A stretch of 63,868 nucleotides of DNA, the filler included, from Collodictyon triciliatum (Eukaryota): assembly GCA_043381765.1 (NCBI GenBank). It is 14 parts of 14 records of this genome, joined end to end, with 100 filler letters (N's around TTAATTAATTAA, not from the genome) between each part and the next. Parts side by side here need not be neighbours in the genome. Positions count along the whole stretch, not along the records: positions 15,433 to 19,495 come from JBHJMP010006535.1; positions 19,596 to 23,657 come from JBHJMP010006536.1; positions 23,758 to 27,817 come from JBHJMP010006537.1; 11 more parts are not named here. One strand, written 5' to 3'. The notes below the pieces were generated by a model. The model did no database searches and had not been told where the DNA came from. It saw only the letters and a list, made by a program, of their open reading frames with translations. Shown here one piece after another: positions 15,433 through 27,662 of the stretch; the first letter of the stretch is position 1, and each line of letters opens with the position of its first letter. The position numbers and the translations under genes were made by a program.

Positions 15433-15665
15433 AACAAACAAACAAACAAACAAACAAACAAACAAACAAACAAACAAACAAACAAACAAACAAACAAACA
15501 AACAAACAAACAAACAAACAAACAAACAAACAAACAAACATAGAAACATAGAAACATAGAAACATAGAAACATAGAAACATAGAAACATAGAAACATAGA
15601 AACAAACAAAACAAAACAAAACAAAACAAAACAAAACAAAACAAAACAAATCAAATCAAATCAAA
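15433..15665. repeat. Compound (AAAC)n-(CATAGAAA)n-(AAAAC)n microsatellite
   Basis: Direct observation. Confidence 0.95.
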
Positions 15666-15787
15666 GATACAAAGGAACAATAGTAAAATAGCAATAATGA
15701 TAACAAAAATAATTATAATGATACAAAACATCTTGGTAGATAGTTTTCACAAACATCCAAAGTATTATATATTTGGTGTTTGGTTAC

Positions 15788-18700
15788 CTTGACTCTCACT
15801 TAATTTCTTCAATAATCGATGTTGTAGACCAAACGTAATATATGAGATATTAAGTATTTCCCCTCATTTCATGAAAACATGCTTATGTATATTTTGATAT
15901 ATTGAGTGAATGAAAAACATAGAAATAAAATAATTCCCCCTCCCCTCCCTCTTTCATCGACCGGAAATTACGTCGATATGATAAATAAATGAGAACCTTA
16001 AGAAGTTTGCCTACTACAACCATTACAAGAATGAAGACAGCACCAACACGACGAAGTCGGGCCTATTTACCAGAATTGGGGTTATTATGTATCCAAATGC
16101 AATAGATCTGTCAAGTATATAGTTATAGTAATCGATGGATTTATTAAAGAAAGTCGCAATACTTACCCGCTCGAACTCGAACTTTTTTGTTTCTTCACAG
16201 TGTTTCAACTCCTGTGATCGAAAGTATGTCTCATTTAATAATAATATCTCTAGAAATTATGTAAGCAACAACAGGTATTTTCATATTACTTATCCTTTAT
16301 TTTTCTATAAAAAGTGCATAATAACCATTTCTCTTCCTCTTTCATCCATCCTGTCATAAAGGTCCTTGACTGTTGACTATGAAAGCACAAAACTTCAAAT
16401 GTGAGCAAAGTGTAATCAAGCATTTTTCTGACCATTGAACGAGAAAAGTGAGTGAAAATAAAATGAAGCTTTGGGTAACCAAAGAAAGCTCATTCATAAA
16501 GTTCTCAAGGTTACAGAGAGGGAGACGATAGACGCATGGTCATTACCGTTCCTCAATTCGTAAGTAAAAACGAATTGATAAAAGATATAGGATGTTCATA
16601 CTCAATCAATAAGATTAACATGTTCTAGATGAGACACAATAAATCGATATGCCTAATCCCAGCGACTCATCCAGGAATAAAGAAACGGTGAAGAGAGATC
16701 AGATAAATCTAAGAATATAACAAGGAAATAAACCTCATATTGAAGTCTCTGCTGCTCCAATAATTGTTGTGTTTTATTCCGAGAGCTTATTTCCATCTGT
16801 TAATCAAGAAAAAAAAAATGAGCAACATCACCAAACAAAGAAGTACTTATATGCCTGTATTGGGAGTCAAATGTGCATTATAGTGCATTCTTGATATTGG
16901 CTTTAACTTCATATGCTCTTTCTGGCAACATTAATATCAAAATTATTCGAGTCATCTGAGAAAGGCGAATAAATTCAAGAAATGAGCGAAAAAAGTACAA
17001 ACTTTCTCCAAATGATTTCGGTTATATGCCAACTCTCTGCTTTGTCTGTCAACTAGCTCCATATTCTATTATTACAAAAAAACAAAAAAACACAGAAGTG
17101 TATTTAATATTTGTAAGATTAAGATGGATCAAGATAAAACGGCAAAATTCCTTTTAAAAGAGAAATAAAGGGATCTGAATTAGAGTATTTTTTTCCTTTA
17201 TTAAATTCATCGAGTCTGAATTAGAGTTTATTTATTAACGATGCGCAGAGTAAATATAAAAATACGTTATGAATACACTAAATATGACACAATTGAGGGT
17301 TATCCTAACGTAATACTGACCTCTGCTAGAGTCTCTTGGAGTTTGTCCATCTTGTGTTTGAGCTCTTCAGCCTCTCTCGTGCGCTGTATCGTAGCTTGTG
17401 AGTATAGAATAGAAACCATGCTTCACGATAACACGCATTATTCCGACTGAGTACCATAAAGATATTCAGTCTGACGCTGAGCTTACCTCTGTGACGCTCG
17501 ATTCCAGTTGTGTGACGAGTGCAGTTTGCTGTTCGTATGCTGCGGTTTTCTGGGATGTAATGTGGATGAGCGCATGAGAAGACATCATCGACGGTACAAT
17601 TGATACTCACATCGCTGATTGAGGCGCGCAGCTGCGAGATTTCTTGCTATTTTGGCAGTTTGCATAGTATTGAGAAAAACAATTACAAATCAGATTAGAT
17701 ATCTTATCATGCATCTTTCTGAATACATTAGCATGTACATTTACAAAAATATTTACAATCCTTAAATCGAATTAAGGGAGAAAACAACATTTATATATAA
17801 TTATCAAAAGTAAAAAGCTTATTGAAGAAAAAATGGCTCCATTACTTACGTCAGAAAGTGTGTCCCGAAGTTGCGAGATTTCTTGTGTGTATCGTTCCAT
17901 GATGTGTGCATTCTACATTTATACGTTCATATATATACAACTTCGTATAATAGCTTTTGCCTCATGGGGTGCTGATATCAAATATGAACTGACCTTTGTT
18001 GCCTCCTCCTGAAGTCTCGATACCTGGCTACTCAGTTGTGAAGAGCTTATTTCGCTCTACATACGGAATTGCATCACATATAAATATCCATCTTCATTCA
18101 TCGATACAACAAACAACAAACAACAAACAACAAACAACAAACAACAAACAACAAACAACAAACAACAAACAAACAACAACAAACAACAACAAACAACAAC
18201 AAACAACAACAAACAACAAACAACAACAAACAACAAACAACAACAAACAACAAACAACAAACAACAACAAACAACAAACAACAACAAACAACAAACAACA
18301 ACAAACAACAAACAACAAACAACAAACAAAAACATAAAAAAATACCAAAATAATACCAAAATAATACCAAAATAATACCAAAATAATACCAAAATAATAC
18401 CAAAATAATACCAAAATAATACCAAAATAATACCAAAAAAGAGGAAACATAAATGCAGTTATGCGGTATATGCTATTGATTACTTCAGAGACGGCCTGTT
18501 GAAGCTCGTTTACTCGGTTCTCGTAGATGCTAACGGTACTGGCGTTCTGATACATAAGTATAGAGGTTACGTGGTGACAATCGTGGAATCGAAACGGTGC
18601 ATGATTATTGCTACTGAGAGGCTAGAAAAGAGAGTGTACGAATTCTTTGAGCCCTGTAATCTGCTGGTCTTTCTCGACGGCCTTCGACCTCATCTAGATA

Positions 18701-19300
18701 TTGAGTACATCATAAATCTTGTGTGACTTTGATTGATTAATTGACAGTTTCTTGTTGATAGAGTAGTTGTTGATTAATTGGTTGATTGTCATACCTGCTC
18801 AATACATAAAAGGTATTGATCGACGGTGAAGATGAGGATTATGAAATAGTGCAAAGTATGAAATAAAAGATAAGAGATTATCCGGTGTGGAATGGTTGGT
18901 GGTATGAATCGTTTCGAAACATGGTGCCAAAGTGATATTAATTCTAGTTTTATCGCTGGCGTAATACTGACCTCTGCTAGAGTCTCTTGGAGTTTGTCCA
19001 TCTTGTGTTTGAGCTCTTCAGCCTCTCTCGTGCGCTGTATCGTAGCTTGTGAGTATGGAATAGAAACCATGCTTCACGACAACACGCATTATTCCGACTG
19101 AGTGTCACCATAAAGATATTCAGTCTGACGCTGAGCTTACCTCTGCGACGCTCGATTCCAGTTGTGTGACGAGTGCAGTTTGCTGTTCGTATGCTGCGGT
19201 TTTCTGGGATATGATGTGGATGAGCGCATGAGAAGACATCATCGACGGTATAATTGATACTCACATCGCTGATTGAGGCGCGCAGCTGCGAGATTTCTTG
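15788..19300 (-). CDS. Long coiled-coil protein built from short phase-0 exons, partial
   Basis: AG/GT-bounded exons: 19300-19265, 19203-19141, 19034-18972, 18693-18640, 18546-18484, 18056-17994, 17912-17850, 17646-17611, 17549-17487, 17383-17321, 17065-17003, 16796-16734 and further ones. All translate as heptad-like E/Q/K/L peptides. Confidence 0.8.
17309..17841. repeat. Intragenic duplication, copy A (matches 18960-19495)
   Basis: About 535 bp near-identical, including three exons and their introns. Roughly a dozen differences counted by eye. Confidence 0.95.
18106..18437. repeat. Intronic (ACAACAA)n-type repeats followed by (AATACCAAAAT)n
   Basis: Direct observation. Confidence 0.95.
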
Positions 19301-19495
19301 CTATTTTGGCAGTTTGCATAGTATTGAGAAAAACCATTACAAATCGGATTAGATATCTTATCATGCATCTTTCCGAATACATTAGCATGGACATTTACAA
19401 AAATATTTACAATCCTTAAATCGAATTAAGGGAGAAAACAACATTTATATATAATTATCAAAAGTAAAAAGCTTATTGAAGAAAAAATGGTTCCA
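18960..19495. repeat. Intragenic duplication, copy B (matches 17309-17841)
   Basis: Direct sequence match. The copy runs into the scaffold end. Confidence 0.95.
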
Positions 19496-19659
19496 NNNNN
19501 NNNNNNNNNNNNNNNNNNNNNNNNNNNNNNNNNNNNNNNTTAATTAATTAANNNNNNNNNNNNNNNNNNNNNNNNNNNNNNNNNNNNNNNNNNNNGTTTG
19601 TTTATAGTTTTTTTTTTTTTTTTGTGGTTTGAAATTGTGTGTCATTTCCTTCTTTGTTG

Positions 19660-20340
19660 GGGAGAGTTGATGGGATGTCAGACTCTTTGAGGGCGCGTAT
19701 CTCCACGCGACAGCGTCTGCCATGAATGATGACAAAGGTTGGTTTTCCCCATTTTTCCTGTTCTTTGTCAAAAGTAACGAGTGCATCATTCATGCATATC
19801 CCTCCAGGCTTTGTCCAGTTGACTTTGATTGGGGTGAAGTATTCACTGCATGCCTTAAAATATCAGTCCAGCTGACCCCCAGCGGTATGTTAGACAGGTG
19901 CGCAACCTTTGTGACAGTTTTTGCTGGCATGGGAGTGTATTGGTGATTGAGGAGCTTAAACGACCCCTCCTTAATGAAGGCAGCCGCGTTTTCTTTTCTT
20001 GGGAAGGCGATTCTGAGTCTGAGGGCAGGGCTGTCCACCATTAGAGTCACGTCCTTCTCGTAGCACTTTCGGGCTTCCATTACCTCCCGCAGTTGCTTGC
20101 ACATATTACTATGGTTTTCGAAAGAGAGAACGGGACATCGCTGGCCCCGAAGGCGGACAAAGCAGTCTTCGTCTTTGAAGAGTTCGTTCTTAATCGCGCA
20201 CTTTTATAATTGTGTTATCCCAGCCACAATGGGTCGATTAGATGTACTGTTTCCCGATGCAAGCTCGACCGCACACGAGGCTGACTGGCGCCATCATACT
20301 TCTGGTCTCACTGAAGTCCATCGATGGTTGAATTAAACCA
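19660..20340 (-). mobile_element. Decayed L1/Tx1-like retrotransposon pieces (ORF1-like segment plus endonuclease C-terminal fragment)
   Basis: Frameshifted ORF1-like peptide LRIAFPRKENAAAFIKEGSF..KVAHLSNIPLGVSW../GICMNDALVTF..PTFVIIHGRRCRVEI. Segment 20150-20340 is a diverged nucleotide homolog of 49550-49740. Confidence 0.6.
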
Positions 20341-21377
20341 GCCGAGATCGAAGAGCAAAAAAATGTAACTTCATTCTTTCTCTTGTGCTAACTGAGTCCC
20401 TTTCTCATTTTAAGTTGGTAGAACGTCACATCTGGTAATCCAAGCGACGTCGAATTCGTTGTGTTTTTTCAGAGGAATAAGCCCAAACAATAACACCCCA
20501 TCATCCGCCCATCACCAGAAAACTTCGGTGGGTATTCTGGGACTATATCCATATGGAATTACTTGACAACAGCGTCTAGTTTTTTTTATTCTTCCTTTCA
20601 ACTTTTGTGTAGGACCGAGACAACAGCGTCTAGATAAAAAGTTTTCACTAAACTGACTGGATAGGTGTCGTCCGAAAAAACCTGTCCCTTTGTGAAAGGA
20701 GTCTCCCTTCCTGGCGATGAATTTATTGCTATCTCGCCCAACTAGATGAAAAGAAACTGCATCCTTTTTCACCTTGAGCTCTCTAGTTTGAGTCAAAATG
20801 TATGGCAAGTATAATTGTTGTTTGGGTGGTCGGTTCGATTGCCATTTGTATCTTGACTAATCAGGTGTTTGCGGCTGATGGATATAGCGGCGACAATAAT
20901 AAGGTGTTTTATTTTCACATATAACCAAATGTATGGCGGATATTTCAACAAGATCTCTCCACTACGGTTAGTGTTGACAGAATAATTATCTATGTAGTCG
21001 CTGGTATGTTTCACATTGCGGCAGTTGTCAAATTATTTCACCCGAGCAACTGGGACATCAAAACCAGAGATGTATGTTGGCGCAGATGACACGATTTATA
21101 GAAAAAAAAACCAATCGAATTCAGTTATCAAAGCTTGTTTTATTGGGATAAATAATGGTCAATTCATATTGACATTTTTTTTTAAAAAAAAAAATTCAAG
21201 TCTGGTGCGCACTATGAGAACCAAGATAAAGTCGTGTCGGATGTTTGTTTGTTTTTTTTGCGAGTAACATATTGTACATAATACCATTATATTGTATTAC
21301 TTCAGCAAATTCAAATGGAATTATTAATCGACCTTTTAACTCATCTGGATTTATTTATTAAGCTTGCAGCTCGCCAA

Positions 21378-23354
21378 TCAAAGCTCCAATATCTCTACAT
21401 TTTTCGTCATAAAGAGAATGCGGTTGGGATTTTTGGAGTAAGTGGCGATGAATCGACAAAGAAAAACACCGATGGAGAAGCAGGATGAAGACAGAGTTAT
21501 TTTAGTTGATATGGACACAAAATCCGGTATCTCTAGAAATCGATCCTCGGCAAATGTAGAGCCTACATTGAATTTGCACAAAGCAGACATAGCAAACGAC
21601 CATAATATTGCTATGGTGGCCATGAAAGTCAGCCGCCTGAATTTTAAACGAAACGTGTCTATCATCACAAACCATATGTTTGACAGGAAAATGAAAACAA
21701 TATAGATGATTCGCATATCCCAACTGCATAATATCCCAAAAGAAACGGTGCCTTTGGTAAGAAGGAATACGACATACCAATAGTCGAACGAACCGATGCT
21801 TTTGGTGAACATGTGGCGGTTTCCCGTCAAAGTCATTTGAACAGACATAATCAGGATGCAAATACCAGTCACTGAATATCCAAAGCCCTGTAATTCATCG
21901 GCATTCAACAGTCCGATTGACAAAGGTAGCGAAATGAAGGATGATACAATACTAAATAACATGCCAATAGCGTGGTATAGCTTAGATCTGATGACTTTAG
22001 AAAGTATTGTGTCGCTGGGTATATACTGTCGGTATATTGTTTTTGTTTGGTCGTAATCAACAACATCTTGCTCGGGAATCCCAACCAAAAGGTATTTTTT
22101 CTTTTCCTCTGCACTAAAATTTTCGTAATGAGCCATATTTGCAGTATTATTTTGTGCGTTTTTCGACAAATTAATCACAACGCTGTCAGGATTTGGGTTT
22201 TCATGTCGATCTAGATTCACAATATGTTCGTTTTTTTCATTTTCTCCATCATTTTGTTTGATTTGAGGCTCGGGGTTGTTTTCCCCGTCGCACATTTCAT
22301 AGTAATTTGAAAGGAAAGCTATGGTCACAGACTTTTCTTTTCTGATATTGTGTGCGTAAAATATTCGGAGCAAGTATACTATAAAGGTGGACAAATTATC
22401 GAGAGCTTGTAAACGGACGTGAATGATATCGATTTTTGTATTTTTATCGTATATATTCTCATTTTCAAAATCCACAACGCGGAAAAGAAGCAAAACAGCC
22501 AGCACTACGTTAGATCCAATACCAAAAATAGATGCAGACTTCATGAACATGGACGTATTTCTTGAATGAGCATCGTACAAAACCAGCATCGACATACTTG
22601 TTATCGAATGAGCCACCACGCAAAATGTGTCTTTGCTCAACCCCCAAAGCAAAATAAAGCAGACATGAAATGAGACCACGTTGTAGACAGTGAACCAGAA
22701 ACTAAACGATTTGAAAAGCTCCTGAACAATCCCTACACGAATAAACATAGAATGGTGCAGCATAAAGTTGATTGTGTACATCATTTGCATCGGCAGATAG
22801 ACCCGAGACGAGAGCAAAGGACTGTCAAAGCATACCGACAACGCACTGATGCAGTTTAGAATCCAAAATGCGATGATTAGCGCCTGTGTTAATTTGTGCT
22901 TTTGAATACCAAGAATCAAATGAAATAACCGCTTGTTAGGTATGATAAGTGCGAGCAGCGTCTTTCTCCTTTCAATAAGCCTCAGATCTTTTCGAAGTAA
23001 AAGTCTAATGGTCGATTTTTTCGCCTTCTTTTCTGTTGTGCCCTCCTTCGATGCGCTTTGCTCTTGATTAGCTGATTGAGGAGGCTCAGCTCCTTCAGCA
23101 CAAGCCTCTCCCTTGTATCGTTGGTCTCCTGCAAAGATTCCATTTGTCTCTGCTTTTAATGTGTCGCCACCGAACTCGCCTGGTTTGTTGATATGATCCG
23201 GCTCGGTTCTCTTTTCGATCTCTTTGGTTGTGGATTCGTGCTTCTTTGTGCCGCTGTCGTTGGGTGCGTGGCCGATTGAAGTAAACTCTCTGCGTTTGGA
23301 TTCGGCCTTGTCGTGCGCCAGGTTATGGATCTTCATGCTTTTGCCGCCTGTCAT
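21378..23354 (-). CDS. Intronless polytopic membrane protein (658 aa) with two homologous multi-TM halves
   Basis: Complete ORF. Hydrophilic N-terminus, then two hydrophobic blocks sharing motifs (FKSFSFWF..LLWG..VLYDA vs IGSFDYWY..LCSWD..VMIDT) separated by an N/E-rich linker. Confidence 0.85.
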   Translation of the reverse strand: MTGGKSMKIHNLAHDKAESKRREFTSIGHAPNDSGTKKHESTTKEIEKRTEPDHINKPGEFGGDTLKAETNGIFAGDQRYKGEACAEGAEPPQSANQEQSASKEGTTEKKAKKSTIRLLLRKDLRLIERRKTLLALIIPNKRLFHLILGIQKHKLTQALIIAFWILNCISALSVCFDSPLLSSRVYLPMQMMYTINFMLHHSMFIRVGIVQELFKSFSFWFTVYNVVSFHVCFILLWGLSKDTFCVVAHSITSMSMLVLYDAHSRNTSMFMKSASIFGIGSNVVLAVLLLFRVVDFENENIYDKNTKIDIIHVRLQALDNLSTFIVYLLRIFYAHNIRKEKSVTIAFLSNYYEMCDGENNPEPQIKQNDGENEKNEHIVNLDRHENPNPDSVVINLSKNAQNNTANMAHYENFSAEEKKKYLLVGIPEQDVVDYDQTKTIYRQYIPSDTILSKVIRSKLYHAIGMLFSIVSSFISLPLSIGLLNADELQGFGYSVTGICILIMSVQMTLTGNRHMFTKSIGSFDYWYVVFLLTKGTVSFGILCSWDMRIIYIVFIFLSNIWFVMIDTFRLKFRRLTFMATIAILWSFAMSALCKFNVGSTFAEDRFLEIPDFVSISTKITLSSSCFSIGVFLCRFIATYSKNPNRILFMTKNVEILEL

Positions 23355-23757
23355 GGGTTGGGTTTTTTTTTTTTTTGTTTCTTTGTTTCTTTTTTTTTAT
23401 TTTATCGTTTTTATCCTATTTCATGTATTAATTTAATTTTCAAAAGTGCAATTTTTTTTTATTCTAAAGATCTTAGCTGTTGAGCCCGTCTCAACAATCC
23501 TTCAATCAACCATCAGGCAAGTAGTTCCAAAGTAGGTGGGGATGTGTGGGAGATAGAGAAAGAAAAACAGGGATAAAGATAAAAGAAAAAAGGGAAAAGA
23601 GAGGTCCTTGAGGCTTGATAAGAGACGCATGGATTTCTTTTGGGGACGCGTGATAGTNNNNNNNNNNNNNNNNNNNNNNNNNNNNNNNNNNNNNNNNNNN
23701 NTTAATTAATTAANNNNNNNNNNNNNNNNNNNNNNNNNNNNNNNNNNNNNNNNNNNN

Positions 23758-23855
23758 TTAGTTTTTTAGTTTTTTAGTTTTTTAGTTTTTTAGTTTTTTA
23801 GTTTTTTAGTTTTTTAGTTTTTTAGTTTTTTAGTTTTTTAGTTTTTTAGTTTTTT
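23758..23855. repeat. (TTTTTTAG)n repeat
   Basis: Direct observation. Confidence 0.95.
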
Positions 23856-24486
23856 GGGCAAATCACCGATCTTTTGAGGAAAAGGGGAAAAGGATCTCTG
23901 CACAAGACTTCAAATGTTTTACTCTAATACAAATCTATGTAGACGGAATAAAATTTCAGGGATGGTTCAGCAACCAACTAAATTTTGCAGATATAAAACA
24001 AAAAATTGCATCAATAATTGCTAATCACTCGCATTATACAAAACATAGCATATTTGTTATTTTTTCCGCATTTACACATCCGTTATTTTCGGTTTTTTAA
24101 TCGCCCGAGAATCCCACGATCCGATGATCAGAACCAAAGAACCAATCCAACCAAAGCGCAGCGAACGCGCCGGGAAATCCCGTCAAAAAACCGTGCGGGT
24201 GGACACCCTCAATAAACACTAACAACTCACCCAGGGTTACACTCCTTGACCCTGCCCAATTCACAGAGTTACCGCATGATTTCCCCTGCATACACTCGAA
24301 AAATAACACCAAACAACTCAACGACAAAACAAATAGGAAAGAAAAGAAAAAGGAAAAGAAAAAGAAAAAAAAGGGAGCACCATACGCCGCGGCCCCAAGT
24401 CCAACCGAACCGAACTGAACCGAACCGAACCGAACCGACCTGCTTGACCGCCTCGCGCTCCGAACACACACAACTGCGTCCCTGAA

Positions 24487-27400
24487 ATGAGTCGACAGTC
24501 CACATCAAACCGTCAAAACCGCAACTCGGCAAAGCCTGATTCTGCCCCTTCGAATCCGGGGACTGCCGAGCCGACTGTGGGAGAACTCCAGAGCCTGGTG
24601 GCTAGTCTAAAAGCAGAACTGGAGCAAGAAAAGCAAGATCGAAACTATTTCCAGCTGGAGCGCGTAAGTTGCTTGCCAAATACTGTTAGCTGAGCATTTA
24701 CCAACAAAGTTCCTGTTGATTGTGCCTGCCTTAGCTAAATATTCATATTCTATTTTGATTTCTATTTTCATTTTCATTTTCATTTTTATTTTTATTTTTA
24801 TTTTTATTTTGATTTCACTTTTATTTTCATTCTCATTTACTTATTTGTTGGTGATACATAACTGTTAGGGGCGAGCAACTCTCCCACTTTTTTTTTATAC
24901 TTTTCATACCGCTAGGATAAAGTAATGAGCTTCTGGGAAATCTCGAAGCAAGAACTGGAGAATACGAAAGCAGAATTGAGGATAAAAGACCGAGAAATGG
25001 AAGAATTAGAGGAAAAGCACCAGGTTGAAATCAAGGTTTGTCTCAGCGCACTCTTGAAGCAGAGTATCTTTTTTGTAGTGCAGCATCATACAGAGTTTGT
25101 TGAACCGTATATTTATTGGATTTGTAGCACTCATTGACTAAGCATGAAGAATGCCCTAGATATACAAATGAAGAGGATATGCTGCTTAGATGTGATGAAA
25201 AGTGGTTAAACCACATTTTTTATTCACCTTTTCAATCTAGGTTTATAAGCAAAAAATCAAACATTTGCTCTATGAGCACCAAAACAACATATCGTTGTTA
25301 AAGACAGAGCACGATAACGCCCTGAAGCTCCTTCAAGAGGAGTACCGAAACAGAGAGGCAGACCTGAAAAAAGATAGGCGGGCCTTGAAGCTGGAGTTGA
25401 AGGAGTTAGAGCTTTCCCACGAAGATATGATCAAAAATATGAAACAGGTCAGCTTGGATATAATATTCTACATTTAGCAACTTTGTACAAAGAAATGAGA
25501 TTCATATAGTTGGTCTCTATGAACATTTGCATCCATAACCATATGGCGTAATTAAAACAGGAGCATGACAAGAAAATTACAAAACTACGCGCAGACCATG
25601 AGCGAATGGCCAAAGAATTGCTGCTTAAATACGAGAAGAAGATGAAAACCATTCGTGACGAACTTGATTTGAGACGCAAAATTGAAATTCATGAAATTGA
25701 AGAGGTAAACGAAAAGAAAATAAATATTAATATGTATCGAACAGTAAAAAAGCCCCCTTGTTATACATCGATATTGAAAGGTGCAGTACTAACAGTCTCC
25801 CACGATATTTCAGAGGAAAAACACGCACATTAATGAACTGATGAAGAAACATGAGAAGGCTTTTGGAGAAATTAAGAATTACTACAACGATATCACACAC
25901 AACAATCTAGACTTGATCAAATCTCTAAAGGAAGAGGTTGCAACCCTTAAAAAAGAGGAGGCTACAAACTTGAAGCTTATTTCTGAGTTTACCCAGCAAA
26001 ACAAAAAGTAGCCATATTATTTATCTATGACCCTGTTGTGATAATTGTATTTTCTATATGCTTTCTTCCTTCATCTCCGAATTCTTTATATCATTTAGGT
26101 AGCCACATCTTGATCGAATTTACAAATAGCTTCTCACAACTTTAAATCCACCTCAGACTCTCAGAGCCTCTTCAAAAAGCCCTGAAAGAAAATGAAGATT
26201 TGAAGCATCAACTGGCAAACTACGAAAAGGTTTATTTATTTCGATTTTGTATATGCCAATCCGATCTGTATGCGATTTGCTGATGATAATCAATTTTTCG
26301 CACCTTCTCATCCGCACCATAGGATAAGCTCTCATTGTCAAACTGCAAGGCCAGACTTCGAGTAAGTCAATTTTTACAGACCATTCTTCCTGACAAAGAT
26401 TTATTTACCGATTTTTTTTTTAATAACACGTTATATCACACAATCCACACATATCAAGGTGGTGGAGGACCAGTTGAAGAATGTGAACTGGGAGCACGAA
26501 GTTCTTCTCCAGAGATTTGACCAGGTAAACTTCAAGCTTGTGATTTGGTAATGTGGAAGAACATCGACGTACGTATAATTTTATTATTAATTTGCTCCTT
26601 CTCATTTATTTGGGTCATACATAGACTCAAAAAGAAAGGGATGAGCTCTACGATCGATTTGTTAGCACCATCTACGATGTGCAACAGAAGGTAAGCAGCT
26701 CTGCTTCGCATTTATCCAAAATACTATTTTACGCGGAATCGTCATACAACAACTCACAAAATCCCTACAGAACCTAGTTTTCTTAAACTCCATTGTGTGC
26801 AATTTTGTATTTTCCCAATCTTAACTAATTATTGAAATCCTCTGTGATTCCTTTTATGACCAACAGAGTGGGTTCCGAAATCTCATCCTTGAAAAGAAGC
26901 TGGAGACTGTGCATGAATCTCTCGAAAAGAAGGTTACCCTTTCCCCCCGAAATATTACCTCCACTTATTTTCATTATTATTTTCTCATTTAGAACACGTG
27001 ATTTATTTGCTGTGGTACGAACCCCAACGCCAAAAAGAAAACAGAAAAAAGAAAATAATTGAAGCAACATCACGCAGGCATTCCTACACTGATTTGCTTT
27101 ATCTATTCTCCCAAACTAACCTTGCAATACAGGAGGCACAGCTGAGTGAGGTTTTAGCCGCCTCCAATCTGGACCCACAGTCTCTCGGGGCTGTCACCAA
27201 GAAATTGGATGATGTCTTGGAAGCAAAGAACGGCACCATAAAAGACCTTCAATTCGAACTCCATCGCGTAACTAAAGTACGAAGGGGACTTCAACGCCAA
27301 TATCTCGTTCAAGAGACATCATCGAATATTCATTCAACACCGCAGAGCACTTTTCTCTTTCTCTCTTTGTGATGTACGATATTCTGTCTCATCCGACACA

Positions 27401-27537
27401 TCACATAGGCACACAACGACCTGATTCGGGTGTATGAGTCCAAGATGCGCGAATTCGGCATTCCTGTAGAGGAGCTTGGCTTCCGGCCTCTTGCCACAAC
27501 CACCGGCACAGGACCTGCGGGGCTCGTTGCCATCTAG
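24487..27537 (+). CDS. GAS8: Dynein regulatory complex subunit 4 (GAS8/trypanin), about 12 exons
   Basis: [148 protein letters not shown] at 27535-27537. Confidence 0.97.
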
Positions 27538-27662
27538 CCAAGCACTCTCGAAGCCCTGTTCGATGACACGCACCAAATAAAAAGACCGCCTGCGTTTGAG
27601 AATCAACCTTTGTTTTGAAGCCTTTTCATCGGGATGCTTGAGCACACAATCCACGCAAGAAT

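Noticed and set aside
20512-21267. Short ORFs between the LINE relic and the membrane protein gene
   Set aside because: Stop-interrupted, with no convincing family motif or splice pattern. Possibly old transposon debris.
23758-23855. (TTTTTTAG)n and the TTGG-containing repeats as telomeres
   Set aside because: Unit sequences differ at each site and similar repeats sit inside introns. Contigs simply break at microsatellites.
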